64,000 nucleotides of DNA, from NCBI GenBank assembly GCA_964016885.1, contig OZ024740.1, forward strand, positions 420,732,001-420,796,000, given 5' to 3'. How positions within the stretch are numbered: position 1 is the first letter of the stretch; each line of letters begins with the position of its first letter. The notes under the pieces were generated by a model. That model was not told where the DNA came from. It did no database searches and saw only the letters and a list, made by a program, of their open reading frames with translations. This document shows, one piece after another, positions 1-13,500 of the stretch. Position numbers and translations under genes: made by a program. The stretch comes from Eledone cirrhosa. Lineage: Eukaryota.

Positions 1-51
1 AGGTGATAATATATTATATATATATATATATATAATATATTATATATATAT

Positions 52-89
<38 letters not shown>

Positions 90-189
90 ATACCTATAAT
101 ATATATATATATATATATTATACATATAATATATATATATAATATATATATATATATAATACATATAATATATATATATATATATATAA

Positions 190-226
<37 letters not shown>
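1..226. repeat. (TA)n microsatellite
   Basis: Directly visible TA repeat with TAA/TACA interruptions; similar tracts separate nearly every element in the window. Confidence 0.98.
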
Positions 227-232
<6 letters not shown>

Positions 233-594
233 ATTAAATAAATGGAAACTATATTTATAAAACCATATTTATTTCATTATATATATTTCAGGGATAACAT
301 ATTAACAATATGCTATGTCAACCAAATCAACCTTCTCAAATGCAAGTAGATGTTGTTACGGTATGTCGAATCTATTTATCTATAAAACTGTTTATATTGT
401 ATTTTGTCTGAGGAAGGCATAGCATATTGTTAATATGTTATCCCTGAAATATATATAATGAAATAAATATGGTTTTATAAATATAGTTTCCATTTATTTA
501 ATATTGTAAATATACTCCAAATATTTGTCGAGTGCTTTTATATCAGTTATAAATATTTACTAGTTGTAACACAACAATTTAAATATAACTTTCC
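227..594 (+). mobile_element. Small non-coding fold-back element carrying a hammerhead (PLE pseudo-LTR-like)
   Basis: 227-317 is the reverse complement of 418-508; flanked by (TA)n on both sides; contains the HHR at 401-464. Confidence 0.7.
401..464 (+). ncRNA. Type I hammerhead ribozyme, extended stem II
   Basis: Stem I ATTTTGT/ATGAAAT, core CTGAGGA, stem II AGG-C-ATAGCATATT/AATATGTTAT-C-CCT, GAAA, palindromic TATATA, cleavage UA. Confidence 0.75.
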
Positions 595-642
595 ATATAT
601 ATATATATATAATACATATAATATATATATATATATATATAA

Positions 643-701
<59 letters not shown>

Positions 702-719
702 ATATATTATATATATATA

Positions 720-766
<47 letters not shown>

Positions 767-1001
767 GAAACACACAGATACATGCGGACACACACATATA
801 TATATACATGAATGCATCCGCACCCAACTGTGAGTTAAGGGTGCCAACTTCACCGATGTTGCTCAATGAATGACTGGGACAGACCAATTCAATTTGAACC
901 AGACTGAACCAGTATCAGAGTTAAAAATACATTATGAAGAGAGAAGAAACATTTAGATATAATTAGTAATAAAATGTATCATACCTAAACTGTTCCTAAA
1001 T

Positions 1002-1089
1002 TCCTCGACTACGTAGTTTCGTGGCATAAACAAAAACAATATATCAAAGATATAGAGTCCTTGCGAGGTCTGCCGACTTATCAAGAGGA
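1002..1089 (-). ncRNA. Type I hammerhead ribozyme, U3-A8 variant (inverted copy)
   Basis: Reverse complement of 1534-1621. Confidence 0.7.
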
Positions 1090-1533
1090 TACCTCATGTA
1101 TTTTTAACTCTGATACTGGTTCAGTCTGGTTCAAACTGAATTGGTCTGTCCCAGTCATTCATTGAGCAACATCGGTGAAGTTGGCACCCTTCACTCACAG
1201 TTGGGTGCGGATGCATTCATGTATATATATATGTGTGTGTCCGCATGTATCTGTGTGTTTCCAAATATATTAATAACTCCCTCTGGTCGAGCAATCTTTG
1301 AAGTGTGGGGACAACTGGAAAGCTTCCATTACTCATACTTCTCGCCTTCTTCACTACCTCTTCTACGGCCTCGATATGAATACCCCCTCCGCCTCCGTGG
1401 TATTTTCTTCGTGGTTATAGGAGGCTTAGCTCTGTTTCTCGACCGTTATATCGCGTGACTATCTCCCCCTCCGCCTTTTGGGATTCTTTCTCACGTCGTG
1501 TAGACGCGTTCTTGAGACTAGTAAAATGAGGTA

Positions 1534-1621
1534 TCCTCTTGATAAGTCGGCAGACCTCGCAAGGACTCTATATCTTTGATATATTGTTTTTGTTTATGCC
1601 ACGAAACTACGTAGTCGAGGA
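1534..1621 (+). ncRNA. Type I hammerhead ribozyme, U3-A8 core variant, long stem II
   Basis: Stem I TCCTC/GAGGA, core TTGATAA, stem II GTCGGCA...TGCCAC, GAAA, palindromic CTACGTAG, GUC cleavage triplet. Confidence 0.75.
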
Positions 1622-1690
1622 ATTTAGGAACAGTTTAGGTATGATACATTTTATTACTAACTATATCTAAATGTTTCTTCTCTCTTCATA

Positions 1691-1814
<124 letters not shown>

Positions 1815-1826
1815 TATATATATATA

Positions 1827-1862
<36 letters not shown>

Positions 1863-1864
<2 letters not shown>

Positions 1865-2706
1865 AAGGCGGGTAAAATTCCCGAGATCCATGGACAAGTT
1901 CTCTCCAGCGGTCTCTGTCCATCGTTATCGCTGCCATATCCTGCATCTCCAACAGACCAGTGTCTGTCCTTAGGGCATCAACATATGTTAACCTTGGTCT
2001 TCCTCTTCTAGTGTGTCCATGTAGGGGCTCCCAAAGGAGCACTGAGTGCAATGTCAACTCTGGATGTCGGTGAGCATGTCCAGCCAACCTCAGTCTCCTC
2101 AGTCTCCACTTTTGAGCTGACATTTGGGATGCTCCCATACAGCTCTGAGTTTTTCATCCTCAGTGTATACTGATTAATGTTCAGAGCCATCCTCAGCATT
2201 CTCGTGTAGCACCCATCCACCATCTGAGTGAGTCTCTTGGTCAGTGTCCAAGTCTCAGACCCATACAGCAGCACAGACTCCACTACAGCAATGAAGAGGC
2301 GGATTTTCAGGTCTCTACGAAGGTCCGACTTCCACACCGATCTCAAGCTGTGACACGCCGCCCAGGCCTTGCTCTTCCTCTCAACCACATCATCTTCCGT
2401 ATTCCCAATCTTTGCTCCCAAATACAGGAAGTCCTCAACCAATTCCAGCGGCTTCCCGCCTACATTAGTGATCCCCTCTGGCTTCTCAACATTCTCTACC
2501 AGATATTTTGTTTTAGTCTCATTCATTCTCAGCCCCACACTCATCGACACAGTCTCAACCTCCCGCATCAAATCCTCTGCCTCCTTCACTGTATTTGTCA
2601 CCAAAACTATGTCGTCGGCAAATTCAGCATCCGATACCTTTTTCGCCCCAACTCTCCTGCTCTGAGCCGGTGCTACAGTAAAGCCAGTGTCCTGGTGTTT
2701 CTCCAT
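1863..2706 (-). mobile_element. 5'-truncated RTE-clade LINE fragment (RT C-terminal part), frameshifted
   Basis: ORF text EFADDIVL, GLRMNETKTK, FLYLG, LLYGSETWTLT, then RLRLAGH...RGRPRLTY in another frame. Confidence 0.85.
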
Positions 2707-2707
2707 A

Positions 2708-2738
<31 letters not shown>

Positions 2739-2818
2739 ATATATATATAATGTTTCTCCATAATATATATATATATATATAATACATATAATATATATAT
2801 ATATATATATAATATATC

Positions 2819-2857
<39 letters not shown>

Positions 2858-2864
2858 ATACATA

Positions 2865-2902
<38 letters not shown>

Positions 2903-2961
2903 ATACATATAGATATATATATATAATACATATATATATAATATATCATATATAATACATA

Positions 2962-3003
<42 letters not shown>

Positions 3004-3082
3004 ATACATATATATATAATATATCATATATATATATATATAATACATATATATATATATAATACATATATATATATACATA

Positions 3083-6000
3083 TCATCATCATCATCATCA
3101 TCACCGTTTTACGTCCGTTCTTCCACGCTAGCATGGGTTAGACGGTTGTCCTGTTGTGGGCAGTGTCCTGGTCGGCTGACCATGCCTTGCTCATACAGGA
3201 ACTGATCTGGCTTGATTTCTACAGCTGGATGCCCTTCCTAACACCAACCTCATTTACAGTGAGTGCTGGGTGCTTTTTCGTGGCGCCTACACGTCCACTT
3301 TACAGTGTGGGCTGGGTGCTTTTTTGCCGTGGCACCTCCACGACCACCTTGCGGTGGGGGGGGGGGGGGCATATTGTTTATATGCTTCAGCATGTACCCA
3401 TGGGAGGTCGGGTACCCTGTATTACTGCGTGACGCCAGAAGTCACGGTCGTGTGTCATTGACTTTGAGAGGTGTAGTTGGGTAAGGTCGGCTTTTATCAC
3501 CTCATCCCAAGTCATCTTGGGTCTCCCCACTCCGCGGTTTCCATCAACTTCTAGTGCTCTGCACCTTTTTATGCAGCTGTCATCCTTCATACGCATCACA
3601 TGTCCATACCAGCGTAACCGCCTCTCCTGCACGCAGCATTTGATTCCTCTTATGCTCAGTCTCTCTCTCAATTCATTTATGCTTTGTCGTTCACGTATAT
3701 TACTGTTACACATCCATCGGAGCATGCAGGCTTCGTTTCTCTCTAATCTACGTAAGTCTTCCACCTTCAGCGCCCAGGTCTCACTACCATGCAACATCGC
3801 TGTTCGGATACACGCATCATACAGTCTGCCTTTCATTCTGAGGGAGAAGCCTTTTGCAGCTAGCAGTGGTAGTAGTTCCCTAAACTTCTTCCATCCCGTT
3901 CTTACCCTAGTTATTGTACTTTCTGAGCACCCACCTCCGTTGCTAATTCGGTCACCTAGGTAGCAGAAGCTGTCTACTGTTTCTACAGGGCCCTCCCAGA
4001 GATTGGTGGTACTTGTTTCCTGTGGCTGTTTGCTTGCTGTTTCAGCACAGCTGCTGCATGTGAATCCTACATTCTTAATTAAGCTTCCTGAGATCCCGCT
4101 ACATCTCTTGTGTACCCATTGTTTGCATTTGGGGCAAAGAATGGAGTTCCTACCTACACCTTTCCTACATACTGAGCAAGGCCATTTCCCTGAGGGGATC
4201 TGGGTTCTGTTTTCTCGTCTACTTATAAGGACCTTAGTCTTTGTCATGTTGACTTTGAGGCCCTTTCTCTCTAGTCCCTGCTTCCAGGTTTGGAATTTAT
4301 TCTCTAGTTCTACCATAGATTCAGCTATGAGTGCGAGGTCATCAGCATACAGGAGTTCCCATGGGCATCCGGTCTTAAACTCCTCCGTTATTGCCTGCAG
4401 TGATGAACAGGAGAGGGCTAAGAACAGAGCCCTGGTGGACCCCAACCTGTACGCTAAATTCCTCGCTATACTCATTGCCAATCCTAACTTTGCTGACTGC
4501 CTCCCCTATACATGGCTTGTACCGCTTTCACAAGCCATTCATCTACTCCTAGTTTTCTAAGAGCCCACCAGATTACTGCACGTGGAACTCTGTCAAAGGC
4601 TTTCTCAAGGTCGACAAATGCCAAGTAGAGTGGCTTACTTTTAGCTAGGTACTTTTCCTGTAATTGCCTCACAAGGAAGAGCGCATCAGTGGTGCCTTTC
4701 CCTGGAACAAACCCAAATTGCATCTCGTCTATATTCACCCGGTCCCTAATCAGCTGTGCTATAACTCTTTCTGTTACTTTCATGACCTGGTCCATCAACT
4801 TTATACCTCTATAGTTTCCTCTATCTAGTGCATCGCCTTTACCTTTGTAGCAGTTGACAATGATGCTACTGCACCAATCTTTTGGTATGGCCCCCTCTAG
4901 TATTACCTGGTTAACGATACGTGTGGTTATAGTGTGACCTACAGACCCAGATGCCTTCAGCATCTCGGCAGCTATACCCGATGGACCGGTTGCCTTCCCT
5001 ATCTTCATATCTCTGATTGCCTTACTTACTACGCTGCCGCTGACTTGTACTGCTGGTCCCTCTATAGGGTCTACGTGGGGTAGGGTCTCTTCTTCCATGC
5101 ATTCTCCTCATTTAGTAATCTATCATAATGACTCTTCATGCATCTTTCTTCTCAGCACTTGTGAGGGCAAGCTCACCTTTATCATTCCGGATACACTCTC
5201 TCCAATGACATCACAACTATCTCTGACACACTGCCTCGCAATCTTGAATACTCCTGTTTCTGGTCCTCACGTTGTAAAACATGCTTGAATTTTCTATCCT
5301 CTGCTTCCCTCCTAGCTAAGTATACTTGTCGCCTAGCTTCCCTCTTGGTCTCTATGTAATGTACCCCTGCTCCCCCCGTTCTTCCATCTTTCCATGCCTG
5401 TCTCTTGGCCTTGACTGCTTCATCTACTTTATTGTTCCACCACCAAGTCACTCTCCTCCTGCTTGAGGTCTTACTCCAGCCACAAAACCTCATCCGTCGC
5501 CTCTAGTAAGTTATTTTTTAGGAACTCCCAGTTCTCTTCTACGTTAAATGTCTCTATCTGTTCTTCTTTACTGTCGTAGGCGTTGAGTAAATATCTTTAA
5601 ATCTGTTACTGGTTGAGGGGACTTTCAGCTTCCCAGATCTTTCTTCTCCAGGTTGGCCTCTGTTTCAGGGCTCGTCTAGTTCTGACCGTGAGGTCGCTGA
5701 CAACTAAGCTATGTTGGGATGTACATTCCTCACTAGGGAGGCTTTTGTGTTTACGACCGTCCATCTGTCACGGTCCTCTGATGAGAATAAAATCTAACTG
5801 ACTAGAGTGCTCCCCTGATCTATAGGTGATCAGGTGGTTGTCGGTTTTTTAAAGTTTGTGTTACATATCGACATGTCATTGGCGTCGCCAGAATTCTAGA
5901 AGTCTGAATCCTTCCTCATTCCTTGTGCCAACTCCATGGCCTCCATGTACTCTATTGAAGCCGTCGCAGTGTTTACCTACGTGTCCGTTAAAATCTCCTG

Positions 6001-6730
6001 CAATGATTAGGAAGTCCTTGTCGTCTGTTAGAGCAGTAGTGTGTATTAGGGACTCGTAAAACCTATCTTAAGTTCGTCTGGCAGCCCCGATGGGGTGCGT
6101 AAGCTGATATTATTGTGGTAATTGTCTTATTCAGGACTAGTCTGAGTTTAATGATTCTTGCATTTACCCTGTACACTGAGATACTTTATCTACCCACTTG
6201 TCAGCTAATAGTATACTACACACCCATCCCATCGTCGTTTCCACCCAGAAAAATTGTAGCACTGGCTTTTTCCTACAAGGACTCTAGCAGACCTCCTCTC
6301 CATCTAGTCTCTTGCACACAGCATACATCAACTTCCTTTCGCTCTAGCATTTCTACGATTTCTCCTGCTCTTCCTTTCATTGAGCCTACATTGATGGTAC
6401 CAACTCGGAGTTTTGGGCATTTGTCGACACTCGTAGGGGAGGGGTCTCTGGGTTGGCGCTTCACGTGGGTTGCTTGGTAGCTCGCAGATTCATATTTCAT
6501 CTATTGATTCAGAGTTGCTCGTGTATTCCCAGCTCATCCATCCATAACGGTGGGAAAATTGAGGGCTAGAAGGACAGTGGTGGTGGGTAATGGCAGGGTG
6601 TGTTGGGATGCGCCAGAGGAGGAGAGAGTTAGTTAGGCAGGTAGTAGCAGCAGCAGCAGTGGAAATGGCATGCTAGGTTTGATTGGTCGAATAGACTATG
6701 GTGGTGTGTGGGGGTGGGGGGGAGGGAAAT
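3083..6730 (-). mobile_element. Near full-length degraded RTE LINE (PHD-insert family B)
   Basis: Fragmented APE (GTINVGS, CVQETRW), RT ([17 protein letters not shown]) and C4HC3 insert over several frames; 3' (GAT)n tail at 3083-3103. Confidence 0.92.
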
Positions 6731-6734
6731 TGTG

Positions 6735-9199
6735 AGGTAGGAACTGAGGGTCGCATGGTAAATATCCAAGTTAATACTACATCAGTAAAATAACAATAAT
6801 AACGTCATGAAAAAAGCTACTAAGAGAAACCCTCGAAAATTATCGTTAATACAGCAGGGAAATTTAACGCTAATACAGCAGGGAACATCATAATATTAAC
6901 GACATGAAAAAGCTACTAAGAGAATCCCTCGAAAATTTATCGCTAATACAGCAGGGAAAATTTAACGCTAATACAGCAGGGAACATCATAATATTAACGA
7001 CATGAAAAAGCTACTAAGAGAATCCCTCGAAAATTTATCGCTAATACAGCAGGGAAAATTTAACGCTAATACAGCAGGGAACATCATAATATTAACGACA
7101 TGAAAAAGCTACTAAGAGAAACCCTCGAAAATTTATCGCTAATACAGCAGGGAAAATTTAACGCTAATACAGCAGGGAACATCATAATATTAACGACAAT
7201 ATGTAGGCTAAAATACCTTCGTAGATTAGGTGGATGGCTGGCTGGGAAATTTGAATCAGCTCTACTGGTACATTTTAGCAGAGAAGAATGGCAAAGTGTC
7301 TTATCTCTTCAATATTTCAGATTGAATGAATTAGGTTAAAGACAGGGTAGTAAGCCTTAAAGAGTGCATAGAGGGGGGGGGGGGGGGGTAGGAACTGAGG
7401 GTCGCATGGTAAATAACTGAAGAGATACAATAGGATTAGAATACCGCATGGTAAATATCCAAGTTATAAGTTAATACTACATCAGTAAAATTAACAATAA
7501 TAACGTCATGAAAAAGCTACTAAGAGAAACCCTCGAAATTTATCGCTAATACAGCAGGGAAAATTTACGCTAATACAGCAGGGACATCATAATATTAACG
7601 ACATGAAAAAAGCTACTAAGAGAACCCTCGAAAATTTATCGCTAATACAGCAGGGAAAATTTAACGCTAATACAGCAGGAACATCATAATATTAACGACA
7701 TGAAAAAGCTACTAAGAGAAACCCTCGAAAATTTATCGCTAATACAGCAGGGAAAATTTAACGCTAATACAGCAGGGAACATCATAATATTAACGACATG
7801 AAAAGCTACTAAGAGAAACCCTCGAAAATTTATCGCTAATACAGCAGGGAAAATTTAACGCTAATACAGCAGGGAACATCATAATATTAACGACATGAAA
7901 AAGCTACTAAGAGAAACCTCGAAAATTTATCGCTAATACAGCAGGGAAAATTTAACGCTAATACAGCAGGGAACATCATAATATTAACGACATGAAAAAG
8001 CTACTAAGAGAAACCCTCGAAAATTTATCGCTAATACAGCAGGGAAAATTTAACGCTAATACAGCAGGGAACATCATAATATTAACGACAATATGTAGGC
8101 TAAAATACCTTCGTAGATTAGGTGGATGGCTGGCTGGGAAATTTGAATCAGCTCTACTGGTACATTTTAGCAGAGAAGAATGGCAAAATGTCTTATCTCT
8201 TCAATATTTTCAGATTGAATGAATTAGGTTAAAGACAGGGTAGTAAGCCTTAAAGAAGTGCATAGAGGGGGGGGGGGTAGGAACTGAGGGGTCGCATGGT
8301 AAATAACTGAAAGAGATACAATAGGATTAGAATACCGCATGGTAAATATCCAAGTTAATAAGTTAATACTACATCAGTAAAATTAACAATAATAACGTCA
8401 TGAAAAAAGCTACTAAGAGAAAACCTCGAAAATTTATCGTTAATACAGCAGGAAATTTAACGCTAATACAGCAGGGAACATCATAATATTAACGACATGA
8501 AAAAGCTACTAAGAGAATCCCTCGAAAATTTATCGCTAATACAGCAGGAAAATTTAACGCTAATACAGCAGGGAACATCATAATATTAACGACATGAAAA
8601 AGCTACTAAGAGAATCCCTCGAAAATTTATCGCTAATACAGCAGGGAAAATTTAACGCTAATACAGCAGGGAACATCATAATATTAACGACATGAAAAAG
8701 CTACTAAGAGAAACCCTCGAAAATTTATCGCTAATACAGCAGGGAAAATTTAACGCTAATACAGCAGGGAACATCATAATATTAACGACAATATGTAGGC
8801 TAAAATACCTTCGTAGATTAGGTGGATGGCTGGCTGGGAAAATTTGAATCAGCTCTACTGGTACTTTAGCAGAGAAGAATGGCAAAGTGTCTTATCTCTT
8901 CAATATTTTCAGATTGAATGAATTAGGTTAAAGACAGGGTAGTAAGCCTTAAAGAAGTGCATAGAGGGGGGGGGGGTAGGACTGAGGTCGCATGGTAAAT
9001 AACTGAAAGAGATACAATAGGATTAGAATACCGCATGGTAAATATCCAAGTTAATAAGTTAATACTACATCAGTAAAATTAACAATAATAACGTCATGAA
9101 AAAGCTACTAAGAGAACCCTCGAAAATTTATCGCTAATACAGCAGGGAAAATTTAACGCTAATACAGCAGGGAACATCATAATATTAACGACATGAAAA
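6735..9199 (-). repeat. Higher-order tandem repeat: 4-6 x 98-bp monomers plus ~300-bp spacer with poly-G, repeated >3 times
   Basis: CATGAAAAAGCTACTAAGAG recurs at 6903, 7001, 7099 (period 98); spacer block recurs near 7200, 8090, 8790; runs into the gap. Confidence 0.92.
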
Positions 9200-9399
9200 N
9201 NNNNNNNNNNNNNNNNNNNNNNNNNNNNNNNNNNNNNNNNNNNNNNNNNNNNNNNNNNNNNNNNNNNNNNNNNNNNNNNNNNNNNNNNNNNNNNNNNNNN
9301 NNNNNNNNNNNNNNNNNNNNNNNNNNNNNNNNNNNNNNNNNNNNNNNNNNNNNNNNNNNNNNNNNNNNNNNNNNNNNNNNNNNNNNNNNNNNNNNNNNN
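9200..9399. other. Assembly gap (200 N)
   Basis: Run of n. Confidence 1.
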
Positions 9400-9606
9400 G
9401 TACCACATAAATACAAGCCATACACAAGCAAAGCGGGGTTATTACAAGATAGAGCTGAGTTCAACAAGTATATAGACAGGTACCACATAAATACAAGCCA
9501 TACACAAGCAAAGCGGGGTTATTACAAGATGGAGCTGAAGCAAAAGCCCAACAATAATGGTTTAGTTACTGTAAAAAACACATCTGGCAAAGAGTTACTA
9601 CATACA

Positions 9607-9925
9607 GTTCAACATTGACAAAGGAACGCTGTACTAGTTTCACTTGACTCTAGTACAGCGTTCCTTTGTCAGTGTTGAACAAATGAGCAACGATGGTTGC
9701 TAGACACTACGGCTTAATGCGGGATGTTTGTTTACAAACACACCGAGCATTATAATAAATGTTCGGTGAATCCATACGTACATATATATATGTGTGCATG
9801 TATGTATATATATATACATACTACTGCACGTCTGTATACATATATGTATGTACGTGTACATACTTATATTTAAGTAACAGCCGTACTAAGAGTGGGAAAT
9901 GAAATTTCGTTTCATTTTTTCCGTT

Positions 9926-9927
<2 letters not shown>
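9607..9927 (+). mobile_element. Fold-back fragment of the ~430-bp HHR (retrozyme-like) family seen at 55586-56653
   Basis: Hairpin 9607-9637/9650-9680; the rest is the reverse complement of the 55.9-56.1 kb monomer and ends in AATGAAATTTCGTTTCATT then (TA)n. Confidence 0.8.
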
Positions 9928-9971
<44 letters not shown>

Positions 9972-9976
<5 letters not shown>

Positions 9977-10040
9977 TATGAAGAGAGAAGAAACATTTAG
10001 ATATAATTAGTAATAAAATGTATCATACCTAAACTGCTCC
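9972..10040 (-). mobile_element. Short 3' fragment of the 763-1694 HHR element family
   Basis: Near-identical to ~929-996, embedded in (TA)n. Confidence 0.8.
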
Positions 10041-10078
10041 TATATATATATATATTTTTTATATATATATATATATAA

Positions 10079-10139
<61 letters not shown>

Positions 10140-10427
10140 TTTCCCTACTATATATCTGTTGAATTACTGGGGTTTTTATTTGATTTTATTTATTTATTTA
10201 TTCATTTATTTATTTATTTATTTTCTTTTTCTTTTTCTTTTTCTTTTTCTTTTTCTTTTTCTTTTACAAAAGCACTCTGGCTAATTGACCACACCCCAAA
10301 GAAAAAACGGTCTGTGCCATGTTATGCTCCTGTGTATCTAAATACCAACCTACCCCCCCCCCCCCAGCCACCACCCCTCCCTTACCACTACCTAAATGTA
10401 TAAATACCAGAACTTAATATGACACCC

Positions 10428-10478
10428 AGCTTCCTGAAGATTTCATCTGAATGAAACAGTTCTAGTCCTGTAGAAGCT
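10428..10478 (+). ncRNA. Type I hammerhead ribozyme at a PLE-like 3' end
   Basis: Stem I AGCTTC/GAAGCT, CTGAAGA, stem II TTCA/TGAA, GAAA, stem III CAG/CTG, GUA; TATAAATA ~10399 upstream, AATAAA at 10489, then (TA)n. Confidence 0.8.
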
Positions 10479-10492
10479 CCTTCTATACAATA

Positions 10493-10570
<78 letters not shown>

Positions 10571-10572
<2 letters not shown>

Positions 10573-13500
10573 TACTTCATGAGGGTTCGCGGTCAGCCAC
10601 CCCAATATCTACATCATGCGGCCAAACCTATCCCCCCCCCCATCTCTCTCTCTCTCTCTCCCTCTTTATCTATATATATATATAAGATAAACCCTTCAAG
10701 TAAATCACATTCGCCAAATTCATCGCTGCTTTCTTCACGGTATATCATGTAACGTAATGTACACATTTTTCTACCATTTCCACACTCCATTCGTATCCAG
10801 TCCAACCCTCCGACAATTCTATAGCATTTTCTCTTCCCCGAATCCAATCTTGCCAAATCCTACTGTAGTTTTGTCGTATTTCCCAAACAAATCTGTATTT
10901 TTTGTTATTGCTTGTTAAATACGAGGTTTTTTGTCGTATTAAACAAAACAAATCTTGTATTTTTGTTATCGCTTGTTAAATACGAGGACCTCATTCAAAC
11001 CTTACCTTCTCGCTAACTACCCAACACCCCTCCCTTCCGCCCCCACGCACCACCATTATTATTACGTGGACCAATCATAAGCCAGAGGCCTATACTATCG
11101 CTTACCTGGTTGCCTTTCGATATATGATGGATGGATGGACTACGGAATTCTGGAGAGTGGAAGAGAGAAAAATCTGGACGCTCAGCGACAATGCCAAAGA
11201 TAAAGACAAATTCACCTCGTGGACGAGAATGCGAGCACTCCTCTTTGTTTTGGCCGCGGATGGCTAACATAACCCCGTCTCCCCCCGCTCCCCACCGCTC
11301 TCACCCTCCAAACGCAATCCCAAACTTCAGAGTTGGTACCATGAATGTAGGCACCTTAAAGGGTCGCTCTAACGAGGTTGTAGAAATGCTCGAACGTAAG
11401 GGGGTCGATGTTTGTTGTATTCAAGAGACCAGGTGGAGGGGTGGGTCTGCTAGATTCATTGAGGGTAAAAAACGATATAAGCTTTTCTGGGTGGGAAATG
11501 ACGATGGGCTGGGTGGAGTAGGAATCATGGTAGCAGAAAAGTGGGCAGATAAGATAATAGACGTAAATAGAGTGAACGACAGAATAATTAAAATAAGACT
11601 TGTCCGCAATAGAACTAAGGTGACAGTAATATCTGCGTACGCACCCCAATCCGGACTGCCCGGCACTATAAAAGACAGATTCTATGAGACACTGATGCTC
11701 ACTACTCCCCAAATAACCGACAGTGACTATATAATTATTGCAGGCGACCTAAATGGTCACGTTGGACAACATTGTGACGGCTACGACGAAATCCATGGAG
11801 GCTATGGGTTTGGTACTAGAAATGAGGAAGGCTCCAGAATCCTGGAATTCTGTGACGCAAATAACCTAACTATCTGTAACACTAACTTAAAAAAACGTGA
11901 CAATCACCTGATCACCTATAGATCCGGGGAACACACAAGCCAGGTAGATTATATCCTTACCAGAAGACGTGACAGAGTGTCTGTTGTAAACACTAAATCC
12001 CTCCCCCATGAAGAATGCCCCTCCCAACATAGACTGATAATTAGCGACCTCATAGTCAGGACGAGACGTACTAGACAACAGAAGAGGACTATCCTCAGGA
12101 GAAAAATATGGAAGCTAAAGGACCCCACAGCCAGAAATAAATTTAAAAGCATACTACTTGATGCTTTCGACAGTAAGGAAGAGCAATTAGAGTCGTACAA
12201 TATAGAGGAGCAGTGGGAATTCCTGAAAGCAAACCTGCTGATGGCGGCAGACGAAGTCTGTGGCTGGAGCAGGCCTGTAGGCAGGAGGAGAGTAACATGG
12301 TGGTGGAACAGTAAGGTGGAGGGGTCAATTAAGGCCAAAAAGCAGGCTTGGAAATTATGGCGGGATGGGGGAAGTAGAGAAGACTATCAAGTGGCCAGGA
12401 GGGAAGCTAGGAGACAAGTGTACTTCGCAAGAAGGGAAGCAGAGGAAAGAAAGTTCAAGCATGTTCTACAACGCGAGTACCAAAAACGTGAGGTGTTCAG
12501 GATTGCTAGGCAATGTGTCAAGGAAAACCGTGATATTGTCGGGGAGAAGTGTGTACTTAATGATGACGGCGTACTTGCCATCACCGACGCTGATAAGAAG
12601 GTAGCTTGGAAGTGTCACTATGAAAGGCTACTAAATGAGGAGAATAAATGGGAGAAAGACAGTCTCCCCCACATCGACCCAATAGAGGGACCAGCAGTGT
12701 TAGTCGAGGGTAGTATAATAAGTAAGGCAATCAAGGATATGAAGACGGGTAAGGCAGCTGGGCCTTCGGAAATAGTTGCTGAGATGCTGAAGGCATCTGG
12801 CACGGTGGGACACACCATGGTCACCCGGATAGTTAACCAAGTCGTACAGAATGGGGTTGTTCCGAAGGACTGGCGTAGCAGCATCATCGTTAACTGTTAT
12901 AAGGGTAAAGGAGATGCCCTAGATAGGAGTAACTATAGAGGCATTAAATTAATCGACCAGGTCATGAAGGTCACGGAAAAAATAATAGCGCAACTAATCA
13001 GAGAGAGAATTGACCTCGATGAAATGCAGTTCGGATTTGTGTCAGGCAAAAGTACCACAGACGCTCTTTTCATTGTACGACAACTACAGGAGCAGTACCT
13101 AGCTAAAAGTAAACCCCTATACTTAGCTTTTGTCGACTTGGAGAAAGCCTTCGACAGAGTCCCCCGTTCCATTATCTGGTGGGCTCTTAGAAAACTAGGT
13201 GTTGACGAATGGCTTGTGAGAGTCATACAAGCCATGTATAAAGAAACAGTCAGCAAGGTTAGAATTAACAACGAATATAGTGAAGAGCTTAGCGTAAAAG
13301 TTGGCGTCTATCAGGGCTCTGTTCTCAGCCTCCTACTATTTATTATTGCCCTTCAGGCTATAACAGAGGAGTTCAAGACCGGCTGCCCATGGGAACTCCT
13401 ATACGCAGACGACCTAACACTCATAGCTGAATCAATGGCCGAGCTAGAGAAGAAATTCCAAACATGGAAGCACGGCCTAGAATCAAAAGGCCTTAAAATT

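Noticed and set aside
3517-4560. Antisense ORFs over RTE/CR1 coding regions (also 13794, 18376, 22807, 52637)
   Set aside because: Shadow frames of LINE ORFs; recurrence reflects copy identity only.
7100-8222. Repeated 76-79 aa ORFs (MKKLLRETLENL...)
   Set aside because: By-product of the tandem repeat; frame broken in other copies.
6735-9199. CRISPR-like regular repeat array
   Set aside because: Monomers are contiguous with no unique spacers, no cas genes, eukaryotic context.
9400-9540. 80-bp-period direct repeat next to the gap
   Set aside because: Only ~1.7 copies at a contig edge; cannot be interpreted.
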